Assembly: GCA_963800515.1 (NCBI GenBank)
Contig: CAWDBC010000006.1
Location: 2,087-66,086, forward strand
Source of the DNA: an uncultured Thermoleophilia bacterium
Lineage (GTDB): Bacteria > Actinomycetota > Thermoleophilia > Gaiellales > F1-60-MAGs149
Direction: 5' to 3'
Length of the DNA stretch: 64,000 nt
Made by a program: the position numbers and the translations under genes
The notes under the pieces: model-generated
Told to the model about the DNA's origin: nothing
Databases searched by the model: none
What the model saw: the letters and a program-made list of their open reading frames with translations, nothing else
Shown: positions 6,911-16,435 of the stretch, piece after piece
Position numbering within the stretch: the stretch's first letter is position 1
How the letters are laid out: every line of letters starts with the position of its first letter

Positions 6911-9847
6911 CTACTGGACCGAGAGGTCGTCCCAGACGGTCGTGAGCGGACCGTTCGTCACGCCGCTCGACGCGTAGGCGCGGAGCGCGACGTCACCTGC
7001 GCCCTGGAGGCCCGCCGTCGAGTCGGACGCGGTGACCTGGGGCGCCGGCTCCGTCGCCCCGACGTTCCAGACGGTGAACGCGAGGCTCGTCGGCGAGGCG
7101 CCGGAGGCGACGAACCGCAGGCTGACCTGCCCCCCGGAGGCGAGGTTCAGCCCGGGGATCGTCTTCGCCGCGGCGACGGTCGTCTCCGTGCCCGAGACCG
7201 ACTTGAGGATCGCGGCGGTGACCGTGCCGGCCGGATTCACCGTGAGCCGGGCGCGGTAGGCGGTGGCGCCGTTCCGGCGGAGGGCGACGTAGGCGTTCAA
7301 CGTCGAGCCGGAGCCGGTCGGCAGCTGCGGGACCGAGAGGGTCACCGCGAGGTTGGCGTCGCCCTTGGAGACCGAGGCGAGGCCCGCCTCGCGCGTCGCC
7401 CCGGCCGTCGTCGAGATGACGCCGGCCGAGCCGTTGACCGAGAAGCTCGGGCCGGAGCTGACGGTCCAGGGGCCGCCGACGTCCGCGCTGCCCCAGCCGG
7501 CCGAGACGGTGCGGCCGAAGCCGTCCGTCACGGAGGTCGCCGGGGCGGCCACGTCGCCCTGGTAGGGCAGCGTGCTCGTGTTGTGCGACGTGGCCGTCTG
7601 GAGGGCGTAGACGTGCGTGCCCACCGCGAGCGAGAGGCCGGTGAGGGCCCAGGTGCCGTTGGCGGCCACGGTCGTCGTGCCGATCGGGGCGATCAGGAGG
7701 GTCGTCGGGTCCTGCGTGGCGACCTCGACCGTCGCGCCCGCCTTGCCGGTGCCGGCGATCGTGTTCGGGGCGAACGTCGTGATCACCGGATAGCTCTGGT
7801 GCAGGTTCGCGCCCGAGCCGTCCTCGCCGTTCGGAAGCTGCTGGCCGAGGACGTGCTCACCGAGGTCGATGTCGATCGGCAGGATCCCGATCTGGCCGAA
7901 GGTGTTCCCGGTGATCGTGTTGTCGAACGAGCTGGCGTTCATCACCGTGACGCCGAGGTCGGCGCCCTCGATGAGGTTGCCCGTGATCGTGTCCTCCTGC
8001 GCGGAGATGCGCATGATGATCGCGAAGCGGTAGCCGGTCCGGACGACGCCGTCGACGTCGACGCCGATGATGTTCGAGCGGAAGACGTTGCCGTTCGACT
8101 CCTGGGCGGTCGAGAAGCCGGCGTTCTTCGGCATGCAGCGGTTGCCCTCGATCACGTTGGAGGGCGAGTGGTCGTACACGTTCATGCAGTCGGCCTCCCA
8201 GCCGATGCTCGTCTCGCCACCGGGGGCGTCGTCGGTGCCGGGCGCCAGGTAGGCGCCGTTCTGGTACCGGCCGTACGGGTCGAGGCCCATGACGTTGCCC
8301 TGGATCACGTTCAGCGTGTTGTTCCAGCGCTCGGCGCCGCCCGGAGGGGAGCCCTGACCGGTGTAGCCGTGGCTCAGCTCGATCGCCTGGCAGGCGCCAC
8401 CGGTGTAGTGGTTGCCCTGGCCCGTGCCGAGGCCGCCGATCTGATTCGAGTGGCCGCCGGCGTCGATGTCGGTGCCGTTGCACCCCATCATGCTCGTGCC
8501 GCCGGCGGGCGCGATCCCGAACGTGTTGTTCTGGATCGTGTTCGAGTACGTGTAGCCCTCGGTGTGGATGCCGAAGCGCGTGTTGCCGAAGACGTTGCGA
8601 TCGGCGGGCGCCGGGGTGCCGACGACGTTGCCGTGCGTGCTCGAGAGCGAGAGGACGCCGACCTCGCCGAGCGAGTTGTAGGCGAGGTTCCCGCCCGTCG
8701 GGCTGAAGCCGATCCAGTCGCCGACGATCCGGTTGTTGTTGCTGCCGGCCTTGACGTTGATCGCCTCGCCGGCGTTCGAGAAGGAGAGGCCCTGGAACGT
8801 GTTCGAGCCGCCCGTGACGGTGAACCGGTCCTTGTTGCGGCCGGCGCTGTCGAGATAGATGACGTTGACGGCGTTCGAGATGACGGGATCCGTGTTCGGG
8901 GACGACCCGGGCTGCGAGTAGCCGTTGATGATCGTCGTCGCGTTCGAGTTCGTCAGGCTCAGCGGCCCGTTCGGCAGCTGGAAGACGGCGTAGGCGCCCG
9001 AGTTCGGGGTGACGTTGAAGTTGATGGTGTTCTTGCCGTTGTTGAGGTTCGCCTCGGTGATGGCCGCCCGCAGCGAGCAGGTGCCGAGCGCGGTCAGGCA
9101 GACGCCGTCTCCGGCGTTCACGTCCGCGAGGTCGTCGGTGGTCGTGACCACGAAGGTCTTCGGCCCCGTGCCGGCGAGCTTCCGGTGCGCCGGCCGTGCC
9201 GCCTGGCGGGCGACGAGCTGCTGGACCCGCGCCATCGTGGCCTCGCCCGTGCCGAAGAGGTTCGCGGCCACACCGGCGACGTTGCCGGTGGCGACCGAGC
9301 CGATGTCGGCCGCGGCGAGGCGGCGGCCGGCGGCGGCCGGGTGGACCGACGGGACCCGGCCGGCGAGGACCTTCCTCGACGAGCCGACGCGAACCGTGAC
9401 GGTCGACGCCTTCGCCGAGCCGATGACCCGGCCCGAGCGGTCGTAGAGCGTCGCGCCGGAGATCCGGAAGCGGAAGATGCCGTTCCGCGTCGGCTCGACC
9501 TGGATCGCGGCGACCGGGCGCTTCGTCGCCGCCCCGCCGGTCGCGCCGTAGAAGCCGACGACGCCGTTGCCGATCCCGACGGGATAGCCGCCGCGGACGA
9601 GGGGCAGGGCCGGGGTGATCGTGGCCGCGGCGTGGTCGAACCCGATCCGCGCGGAGAACGCGCCGATGCGCGACGCGCCAGGCGCCGAGACCTCGAGCGC
9701 GAAGGGCGTCCCGGCGGCGACCCTGGCGGGCGCCGTGATCCGAAGTCCGCTCGTGGCCGCGTTCGCGACCTCCGGCGCCAGGGAGACGGCGGCAGCTGCG
9801 GCGGCGAGCGCCAGGAGCGGTCGTCGAACGGAGGGCGGATGTGGCAT
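6911..9847 (-). CDS. Large secreted right-handed parallel beta-helix repeat protein (candidate polysaccharide lyase/depolymerase or adhesin)
   Basis: 978-aa uninterrupted ORF with signal peptide MPHPPSVRRPLLALAAAAAAVSLAPEVANA. N-terminal cohesin-like segment (LRITAPARVAAGTPFALEVSAPG..ARIGFDH). Long run of Asn/Gly-rich beta-helix turns (..NTIQNNTFG..SNVIEGNRC..NVFRSNIIG..DTITGNLIEG..NTITGNTFG..). C-terminal beta-sandwich-like domains. Confidence 0.8.
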   Translation of the reverse strand: MPHPPSVRRPLLALAAAAAAVSLAPEVANAATSGLRITAPARVAAGTPFALEVSAPGASRIGAFSARIGFDHAAATITPALPLVRGGYPVGIGNGVVGFYGATGGAATKRPVAAIQVEPTRNGIFRFRISGATLYDRSGRVIGSAKASTVTVRVGSSRKVLAGRVPSVHPAAAGRRLAAADIGSVATGNVAGVAANLFGTGEATMARVQQLVARQAARPAHRKLAGTGPKTFVVTTTDDLADVNAGDGVCLTALGTCSLRAAITEANLNNGKNTINFNVTPNSGAYAVFQLPNGPLSLTNSNATTIINGYSQPGSSPNTDPVISNAVNVIYLDSAGRNKDRFTVTGGSNTFQGLSFSNAGEAINVKAGSNNNRIVGDWIGFSPTGGNLAYNSLGEVGVLSLSSTHGNVVGTPAPADRNVFGNTRFGIHTEGYTYSNTIQNNTFGIAPAGGTSMMGCNGTDIDAGGHSNQIGGLGTGQGNHYTGGACQAIELSHGYTGQGSPPGGAERWNNTLNVIQGNVMGLDPYGRYQNGAYLAPGTDDAPGGETSIGWEADCMNVYDHSPSNVIEGNRCMPKNAGFSTAQESNGNVFRSNIIGVDVDGVVRTGYRFAIIMRISAQEDTITGNLIEGADLGVTVMNASSFDNTITGNTFGQIGILPIDIDLGEHVLGQQLPNGEDGSGANLHQSYPVITTFAPNTIAGTGKAGATVEVATQDPTTLLIAPIGTTTVAANGTWALTGLSLAVGTHVYALQTATSHNTSTLPYQGDVAAPATSVTDGFGRTVSAGWGSADVGGPWTVSSGPSFSVNGSAGVISTTAGATREAGLASVSKGDANLAVTLSVPQLPTGSGSTLNAYVALRRNGATAYRARLTVNPAGTVTAAILKSVSGTETTVAAAKTIPGLNLASGGQVSLRFVASGASPTSLAFTVWNVGATEPAPQVTASDSTAGLQGAGDVALRAYASSGVTNGPLTTVWDDLSVQ

Positions 9848-10172
9848 GAGGGGGGAGCTCCTGATCGTTCTGGCCGGGAAAGAGGTGGACCGCCGGTGGG
9901 CGGCCTCCCTCGATTACCCCACGGTTTTCCGGCCACGTCAATCGGAAGGGTGCGATCTCCCCCTTCGGGGCGGTCCTCCGTCGCGTCCCTTCCGAGACGT
10001 GGATCGGCTCGGGCCCGGGCGCACACGCGCGCCGCGGCCGGGGCGCGAGCGCGCGCGAGCCGCCGGCCGGACCGGGCCGGGGCGTGCGGCGTCCCTCGGT
10101 TTCCGGGCGCTCTCTGGCGCTCCTCGTTGGCTCGGGGTACCGTGCGCCGTACCAACCGCGAGAGGAGTCGAG

Positions 10173-11174
10173 ATGGCGTCCAGCAAGGGGAGGGGCCGCT
10201 ACGCCGCGTGGGGGCTGATCGGGGCCGTCGGGTCGCTGGTCGTCCCGCTGACGGCAACGGCGGCGCCGGGTCCGCCACCGCCCAAGGGGACGAACGGCCA
10301 CAAGCCGCTCCTCGTCGCCAGTGGCATCCCGACGCCATCGCAGATCGCCTTCGGTCACAGCCGGATCTTCGTCGCCACGCCCGGGGACGAGCAGTCCGGC
10401 AAGGGCGGGGGCGTCTACCAGATCTGGCGGGGCAAGGTCTCGCAGATCGCCAAGTCGCCGTTCATCGGCCTCGTCTACACGCACGGCACGCTCTTCGGCT
10501 CGAGCCAGAACAAGGTCATCGCCTGGAGCGGCTGGCGCAACGGGGCCTTCACCAAGCGGAAGGTGATCTTCAAGCGCCCGCTCGCACGGTTGCCGTTCCT
10601 CGAGACCATGGCCGTCGGCCACGACGGCCGCCTCTACATGGGCTCGTCCGACGCCGGTGACAAGGGGCCGATCGGCACGCCGCTGAGCGGCCGCGTGTTC
10701 GCGATGAAGCGGGACGGCTCGGGCCTCGAGGAGCTGGCCCGGGGACTGCGCCAGCCGTTCGGCATCGCGTTCTTCGCGGGCGATCGGTATCCGTACAACG
10801 GGAACGAGAGCGACGAGTCGACGCCGACGCCGCGGGACTTCTTCGTCCACTCGGTCAAGGGCAGCGACTTCGGCTTCACCGCCGGCTGCCAGTGGGTCGA
10901 TCCGGCGGCGGCGGCCTGCGCCGGCAAGACCGCGCCGATCCTGTTCCTGCCGCCGCACGCGTCGCCGACCGGGATGGTCGGCAAGGGACACAGGATCTAC
11001 GTCGCCTTCTTCGGCGGGACGACGAAGAAGGGCCCCGAGGTCCGGGTCTACACCCCGACCGGGACATCGAAGCGGATCGTCCAGAGCCCGGTGCCGCTCG
11101 TGGGCGTCGGACTCAGCGGACGGGGGCTGTACTTCGCCACCGTCACGGGCTCGATCTACCGGATCAAGGTCTGA
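10173..11174 (+). CDS. Secreted beta-propeller protein, glucose/sorbosone (PQQ-dependent sugar) dehydrogenase-like
   Basis: In-frame ATG 10173 with AGAGGAG upstream. Signal peptide ..LIGAVGSLVVPLTATAAPG. Motifs ..GRLYMGSSDAGD..GRVFAMKRDGSG..LARGLRQPFGIAF..HASPTGMV... The upstream part of ORF 9615..11174 is non-coding-like. Confidence 0.75.
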   Translation: MASSKGRGRYAAWGLIGAVGSLVVPLTATAAPGPPPPKGTNGHKPLLVASGIPTPSQIAFGHSRIFVATPGDEQSGKGGGVYQIWRGKVSQIAKSPFIGLVYTHGTLFGSSQNKVIAWSGWRNGAFTKRKVIFKRPLARLPFLETMAVGHDGRLYMGSSDAGDKGPIGTPLSGRVFAMKRDGSGLEELARGLRQPFGIAFFAGDRYPYNGNESDESTPTPRDFFVHSVKGSDFGFTAGCQWVDPAAAACAGKTAPILFLPPHASPTGMVGKGHRIYVAFFGGTTKKGPEVRVYTPTGTSKRIVQSPVPLVGVGLSGRGLYFATVTGSIYRIKV

Positions 11175-11183
11175 CGAACCCGC

Positions 11184-11224
11184 GGGGCCTCGACGCCGGA
11201 GCCGGTCACCGGCGTCGAGGCCCC
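11184..11224 (+). terminator. Perfect 16-bp stem hairpin terminator
   Basis: GGGGCCTCGACGCCGG-AGCCGGTCA-CCGGCGTCGAGGCCCC, 10 nt after the TGA at 11172-11174. Confidence 0.7.
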
Positions 11225-11310
11225 GCTCGTTCGGCTCATCCCCCTGGAGGCCGGGCCGGAGCCCGGCCGGGGCGGGATCGGGATGGGCGGCCCGCCGGTA
11301 CCCTCCGGGC

Positions 11311-12387
11311 GTGAGCGCCCGGGCCGTCAGCGAGGTCGCCATCGTCGGCGGGTCGTTCGCCGGGCTCGCCTGCGCGCGCGAGCTCGCCGGTCGCCGGGTC
11401 ACCCTGATCGACCGCCACCCGATCGGCGATCACGAGACCTCGGCGTGCGCCGCCCCGCGGTCGGTCGTGCGTTTCCTCGGCGCCGAGGACGCGATCGTGG
11501 GCGAGCAGCGGTCCGTCGCCATCTACGTGACCGCCCGACGTGCCGAGGTGCCGCTCCCCGAGCCGTTCGTGACCTTCGACTACCGGCGGCTCTGCGAGCT
11601 CGTCTGGGCCCAGTGCGACGCCGAGCTCGTGGAGGCCCGCGTCGAGGGCGTCGACCCGGCCGACCCTCGCGCCGTCATCCTGGCGGGAGGCGGGAGGATC
11701 GCCGCCGATCAGCTGATCGACGCCGCCGGTTGGCGGCGCACGCTGGATCGCCGGGGACGGCTCTCCGCCGGCTCGGTCGGGCTCTCCTACGGCGCGGAGG
11801 AGCACGTCGACCTCCCGGAGGCGCTCCCGGCCGACGGCCTCCACGTCTACGTCCACCCCTCGATCGTCTCGCCCGGCTACGGCTGGAACTTCCCGACGGC
11901 GAGCCACGCTCGGCTGGGCGTCGGCGCGTTCCGCCGGATCCCGCTCCAGTCGGGCCTCGAGGCCGTTCGGGCGCGGGACGGCGCGGGCGAGCCGCAGTCC
12001 AAGCAGGGCGGCGTGATCCCGCACGCCCTCCGGGAGCCGGTCACCGACGGCGTCCTCTTCGCCGGAGACGCCGCCGGGCACTGCCTGCCGCTGACCGCCG
12101 AGGGCATCCGGGGCGCCGTCTGGTTCGGCGCCCTCGCCGGGCGCCTCACCCGCGCCGTGGCCGAGGGACGCCTGGAGCGCGCGGACGCGCACGCGCGCTA
12201 CCGGGCGGCCCACGCCGACGTCTCCGGGCACTTCCAGCACCTGCTCGCGATGCAGCGGGCGTACCCGCGGCTCGGCGTCCGCGGCCTCGCCGCCGTGGCG
12301 AGGATCGTCGCGCGGCCGCGGATCGGCCTCGCCGTCACGCGCCGCTACCTGCGCTACCTGCGGCCGGAGGAGCTGCCGCCGGGATGA
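11311..12387 (+). CDS. FAD-dependent oxidoreductase, geranylgeranyl-reductase family
   Basis: N-terminal VAIVGGSFAGLACARELA dinucleotide fold and ..LFAGDAAGHCLPLTAEGIRGA.. (the GDAAG..EGI motif of this family). Confidence 0.8.
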   Translation: MSARAVSEVAIVGGSFAGLACARELAGRRVTLIDRHPIGDHETSACAAPRSVVRFLGAEDAIVGEQRSVAIYVTARRAEVPLPEPFVTFDYRRLCELVWAQCDAELVEARVEGVDPADPRAVILAGGGRIAADQLIDAAGWRRTLDRRGRLSAGSVGLSYGAEEHVDLPEALPADGLHVYVHPSIVSPGYGWNFPTASHARLGVGAFRRIPLQSGLEAVRARDGAGEPQSKQGGVIPHALREPVTDGVLFAGDAAGHCLPLTAEGIRGAVWFGALAGRLTRAVAEGRLERADAHARYRAAHADVSGHFQHLLAMQRAYPRLGVRGLAAVARIVARPRIGLAVTRRYLRYLRPEELPPG

Positions 12388-12836
12388 GGACGCCGCTCCT
12401 GCAGGCGCTCGCCGATCTCGAGCCCCAGCTCCTCGACGACGAGTACGCCCTCCTCGGCTACGAGCGGGGCACGGCTCCCGCCTCTCCGGACGCGCTCTCG
12501 GCCGAGAGCTTCGGGGTGCGGATCGACGATCCCTACGAGACGACCTTCGTCCTTCGCGCGCCGCTCGCGCGGACCCTGCCGCCGCCGGCCCGGGAGCAGT
12601 CGCCGATGCGGGTGATCGTGCTGGCCGGCGAGCTGCCCCACGACCTCACCGGCTTCCTCTCGACGATCGCCGGCGCGCTCGCCGAACGCGGGATCGCGCT
12701 CGTCCCCCTCGGGGCCGCGACCCGCGACCACCTCCTCGTCCCGGCGGCGGCGTGGCCGGAGACGCTGGCGATCCTGCGCGGCCTCCGCGACGCCGCGCGC
12801 AAGCTCGCACCCGACGCCGGCGAGCCGCCGGCGTAG
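12384..12836 (+). CDS. ACT-domain (ACT_7/CASTOR-like) small-molecule-binding protein
   Basis: ATG 12384 overlaps the upstream TGA (ATGA). ..MRVIVLAGELPHDLTGFLSTIAGALAERGIALVPLGAATRDHLLVP.. This is the tail of ORF 11283..12836. Confidence 0.7.
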   Translation: MRTPLLQALADLEPQLLDDEYALLGYERGTAPASPDALSAESFGVRIDDPYETTFVLRAPLARTLPPPAREQSPMRVIVLAGELPHDLTGFLSTIAGALAERGIALVPLGAATRDHLLVPAAAWPETLAILRGLRDAARKLAPDAGEPPA

Positions 12837-12878
12837 GGCGCGCGCCCGGAGACGACGACCGACGAGAAGGAAGGACCG

Positions 12879-13278
12879 ATGACCCAGACGATCTTCCCGA
12901 CGCTCCGCTACCGGGATGCCGACCGCGCCATCGAGTGGCTCGGGCGGGCCTTCGGCTTCACGGAGCAGGCCGTCTACCGGGACGGCGAGGGCATCGTCGA
13001 GCACGCGCAGCTCGAGTTCCGGGGGAGCCTGATCATGCTCGGTCAGCTCCGGCCGGACGGGGCGACGGAGGACAGCCGCCGAGCCCGCGGCGTCGACGCG
13101 CGGGATCTACGTCGTCGTCGAGGACGCCGACGCCCACCACGCGCGGGCCGCCGCCGCCGGGGCCGAGATCCTCCGTCCGCTCACCGACCAGGACTACGGC
13201 TCGCGCGACTACCAGGCGCGCGACTGCGAGGGGTACGCCTGGTCGTTCGGGACCTACGACCCCTCCGCCTCGTCCTAG
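12879..13278 (+). pseudogene. VOC/glyoxalase-family protein, frame interrupted once (pseudogene or consensus error)
   Basis: The N-terminal half sits in the frame of ORF 12879..13445 (MTQTIFPTLRYRDADRAIEWLGRAFGF..LEFRGSLIMLGQ). The family C-terminus GIYVVVEDADAHHARAAAAGAEILRPLTDQDYGSRDYQARDCEGYAWSFGTYDP is in the +1 frame and ends at TAG 13276-13278. The switch is somewhere in about 13040-13100. GAAGGAAGGA RBS upstream. Confidence 0.75.
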
Positions 13279-13354
13279 CGCCCGCGGCGAGGAGGCCGGT
13301 ACCTCCCGCGCTCCGGTCGCGCCCGCATCCTGCGCGGCCTCGTACGATCCCGCC

Positions 13355-14919
13355 GTGCCTCGGTTGCAGAGGATGCTGGCGCTGGTCCTGGCCGCCGCGC
13401 TCGTGGTCGGGGCGACCACCGCCTTCGTCCTCACCGGGCATCTGAAGGCCGAGCCGCCGAGGGTCACCAGGCCGCGGTTCGCGGCGGGCGGCTTCTTCTC
13501 GGCGTCCTGCACGTACGCCGACTGCGAGCGCGGCGGCGGGCGGACGACCTTCTCGTTCCGGCTGCGCAAGCCGACCCGCCTGGACGTCCGGATCGTCCGC
13601 GATGGCAGGACCATCCGGACGCTGGCGAACCGGTGGCGGTTCCCCGGCTCCGTCCGCGCGCCGGGCGGCAGCTGCAGGTCCGGCCCGGAGAGCCGCCTGA
13701 CCGTCACGTGCACCTGGGACGGGCGGACGGACGGGGGAGAGATCGCGCCGGACGGGGTCTACCACGTCGTCCTGCGCCTCCGCTCGCAGGGCTGGACGGT
13801 GAGCCTGCCCCAGGCGATCACGCTCGACTCCACCCCGCCGAGGGTCACGGGCGCCATTCCGGCGGGTCGCACGATCACGCCCGGCCTGGCGGGCGACCGG
13901 GGACGGATCGTCGTTCGCCTGCGTGCGTCCGAGCCCGTCGTCGCCCGGCTGGTCGTCCGCTCGGTGGCCCCCGACGGCGGCGTCGGCGCCCCCGTCTTCG
14001 TCACCCACTTCGCGAGCCCGCGGGCGCCGACGATCGGCACCGCAGCGACGCTGACGTGGAACGGGATCGCCTGGGGCCCGAACGCGAAGCGGCGACCCGC
14101 GGCGACGCACACCGTGGACCCGGGCACCTACATCGTCGGCTGGGACGTCAAGGACCGGTCCGGCAACGAGGTCGCGGTGCCCGCCGGGACGATCAGCCCC
14201 GGCGCCCTCGGCGGCGCCGCCGTCGTCCGTGTCGCCACGCTGGAGCTGACGCCGGACTTCCGCGCCGTCACGGCCCTTCCCGGCGTCACGTTCCAGCGGC
14301 TCGAGATCGCCCACGGCGTGCCCCGCTCGTCGACCGCAGGGGGCACCGGGAGCGTCGCCGGCCTCCTCCGGCCGCCGGCGGGCCTGTACGCCATCCGCGC
14401 GACGGTCGCCCTGCCGAACGGCGGCACCGTCGAGCGCGACGCTCCGCTCCCCGCCCCGGGCCGGGCGTCGACGCTCCTCGTCCTCCCGACGTACACGTGG
14501 CAGCTCCGCAGCGGACAGGACGCCGACGGCGACGGGTTCCCGGACCGCCCGCCCGAGCCGCTCTCGCTCGAGCGTCCCCTCGGGGCCCAGGCGACGAAGC
14601 GCCTGAGCGACTGGATCGCCCTCCTCGGCCCCTGGGCGACGCGCACCGGGGTCGGCTCGATCACCGACGCCGCCCTGGAGCGGACCGGCGTGCCCGGACG
14701 GGCGACGACGCTCGTCCTCGCCGGCGAGCGCATGTGGACCCCCGCCTGGTCGCCGTCCTCGATCGGTTCGCCCGCTCCGGGGGGCGGATCGTGCTGCGAT
14801 CCTCCCCGCTCGTGCGGCGGGCCGCGGTCGTCGGTACGGAGCTCACCGTCGCCGCTCGGCGGCAGGTCGCCACGCTCGCCCCGACGCACACCGTCCGGCG
14901 GTCGAAGGCGCCGCGATGA
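13355..14919 (+). pseudogene. Membrane-anchored protein with two FlgD-Ig-like domains and a dimethylformamidase-beta-like C-terminal domain; one frameshift
   Basis: Part of ORF 12752..16435 (VPRLQRMLALVLAAALVVGATTAF.. anchor; ..TWDGRTDGGEIAPDGVYHVVLRL..). The tail continues in ORF 13633..14919 (HVDPRLVAVLDRFARSGGRIVL..). ATGTGGACCCCC at about 14732-14743 reads as ..ERMWDPRLVAV.. if one G is restored. Confidence 0.65.
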
Positions 14920-16435
14920 CGCTCGCCGACACGGCGCCCTTCGCCGCGGTGGGGGGCGCCATCGGCGTCGCCTGCCTGCTCCTCGTCCCCCGGTCGGACC
15001 CCGGCGGGCGATCCGCCTGGCCGGATTCCTGCTCCTCGCCGCCGCCTTCGCCCTCCTCGCCGCTCGTGCCTCGCCGGCCGCGGTCGAGCGGGTCCAGGCG
15101 CAGCCCGCCCTCGGCGCGATCGCCGGCGTCTGTGCCCTCGCGGCCGTCCTCCTCGCGGCCTCCGGGCTCGATCGAGCGCCCGCCCTCCTCCTGCCCGCCG
15201 CCCTCGCCGTCTCCTTCCTGCGCCTCCCTGTCGGGCACGGGTCGACGGCAGCGAACCTGCTCCTGCCGCTCTACTTCGTGATCGCCTCGGCCCTGGTCCG
15301 GGACGCCTGGCGGACGCTCCGCCCCACCCGTCCCGACGAGCGCGCCAGCCGGCCGCCCGACCTCGCGCTCGCCGGGCTCGCGGCCCTCACCGCCGTCGCC
15401 GCGGCGAGCGTCGCCTGGGCCGACGATCCGAAGAAGGCGGCGACGAACATCGTGGCCTTCTACCTGCCGTTCGGCGCCCTCGCCGCGCTCCTCTTCCGCT
15501 CGCCGCTGCCCTCTCGCGTGATCGAGGGGACGGTCGCCCTCTTCCTCGCCATGGGCGTGGCCTTCGGGCTCCTCGGCCTCTGGCAGTGGAGGAGCCATCA
15601 CCTCCTCTGGAACAACACGAAGCTCCTCGTCTCGAATCCCTACGCCGCGTTCTTCCGTGTCAACTCGGCCTTCTACGACCCGAGCATCTTCGGCCGCTTC
15701 CAGTGCTTCGCGCTCCTCGTCCTCGTCTCCACCCTCGCCCTCGGCCCGGCCGCCAACCGCCTCCTCCTCCTGCTCGCCGTGCCGATCGCCGCGATCACCT
15801 TCGGCGGCCTCTTCGTCTCCTACTCGCAGACCTCCATGGTCGCCCTCGTGGCGGGCCTCTGCGTGCTCGTCGGCGGCTCGTTCCCGCGCCGGGCCCTCGG
15901 CCTGATCGTGCTCGCCGCCCTCCTCCTCGCGGTCGTCGGGTTCGCGCTGCCGCAGACGCGCGACGTCTTCTCGCAGGGGACGGACAAGATCACCTCCGGC
16001 CGCTCCGGGCTCGCCGAGCGGGGTGGGCGCCTCTTCGAGCACCATCCCCTCCAGGGCGTCGGCTCCGGCTCGTTCGGCGCGGCGTCGGGCACCGGGGCGA
16101 AGCAGAAGGCACGGCTCGCCCCCCACACCTCCGTCGTCGCGATCGCCGCCGAGCTCGGCCTGCTCGGCCTGGCCGCCCTCCTCGTGCTGGTCGCCGGCGT
16201 CCTCCGCGCGCTCCGAGGGCCGGCCGCGCCGGGGCGGAGCGGCCTGCGCCGGGGCGCCCTCGTCGTCCTCTCGGCGCTCGTCGTCCACTCGCTCTTCTAC
16301 AACGCGCTCGTGGAGGACCCGCTCTTCTGGGCCCTCGTCGCCCTGATCTCCGCCCTCAGCGCCCGGCCGCCGCTCCCGGCGGCGGTGCAGGTCGAGGCGC
16401 CTCACCCCCGTCCGGCGATCGCCGCGTCCGCGTGA
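14916..16435 (+). pseudogene. Wzy_C-family (O-antigen ligase/polymerase-like) membrane protein no. 2; one frameshift near the 5' end
   Basis: ATG 14916 overlaps the upstream TGA (ATGA). The head MTLADTAPFAAVGGAIGVACLLLV is in ORF 14916..15281. From about 14990-15008 the real sequence continues in the ORF 12752..16435 frame (RRAIRLAGFLLLAAAF....YSQTSMVALVAG...HPLQGVGSGSFG...HTSVVAIAAELGLLG). Confidence 0.7.

Noticed and set aside
9848-10172. A hidden small gene or ncRNA in the 325-bp divergent spacer (ORF 9938..10186 -, 82 aa)
   Set aside because: The ORF translation is Arg/Pro/Gly junk. I saw only short GC hairpins (for example CCCC-TTCG-GGGG around 9965-9985) with no recognisable RNA family. 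It is most likely promoter and 5' UTR space.
12752-16435. A single 1227-aa ORF that could be read as one giant protein
   Set aside because: It is a chimera. Its start is off-frame through the VOC gene. Its middle is the FlgD-Ig protein, whose true tail is in ORF 13633..14919. Its end is the Wzy_C no. 2 protein, whose true head is ORF 14916..15281. The Arg/Ser/Pro-rich stretch joining them is non-protein-like.
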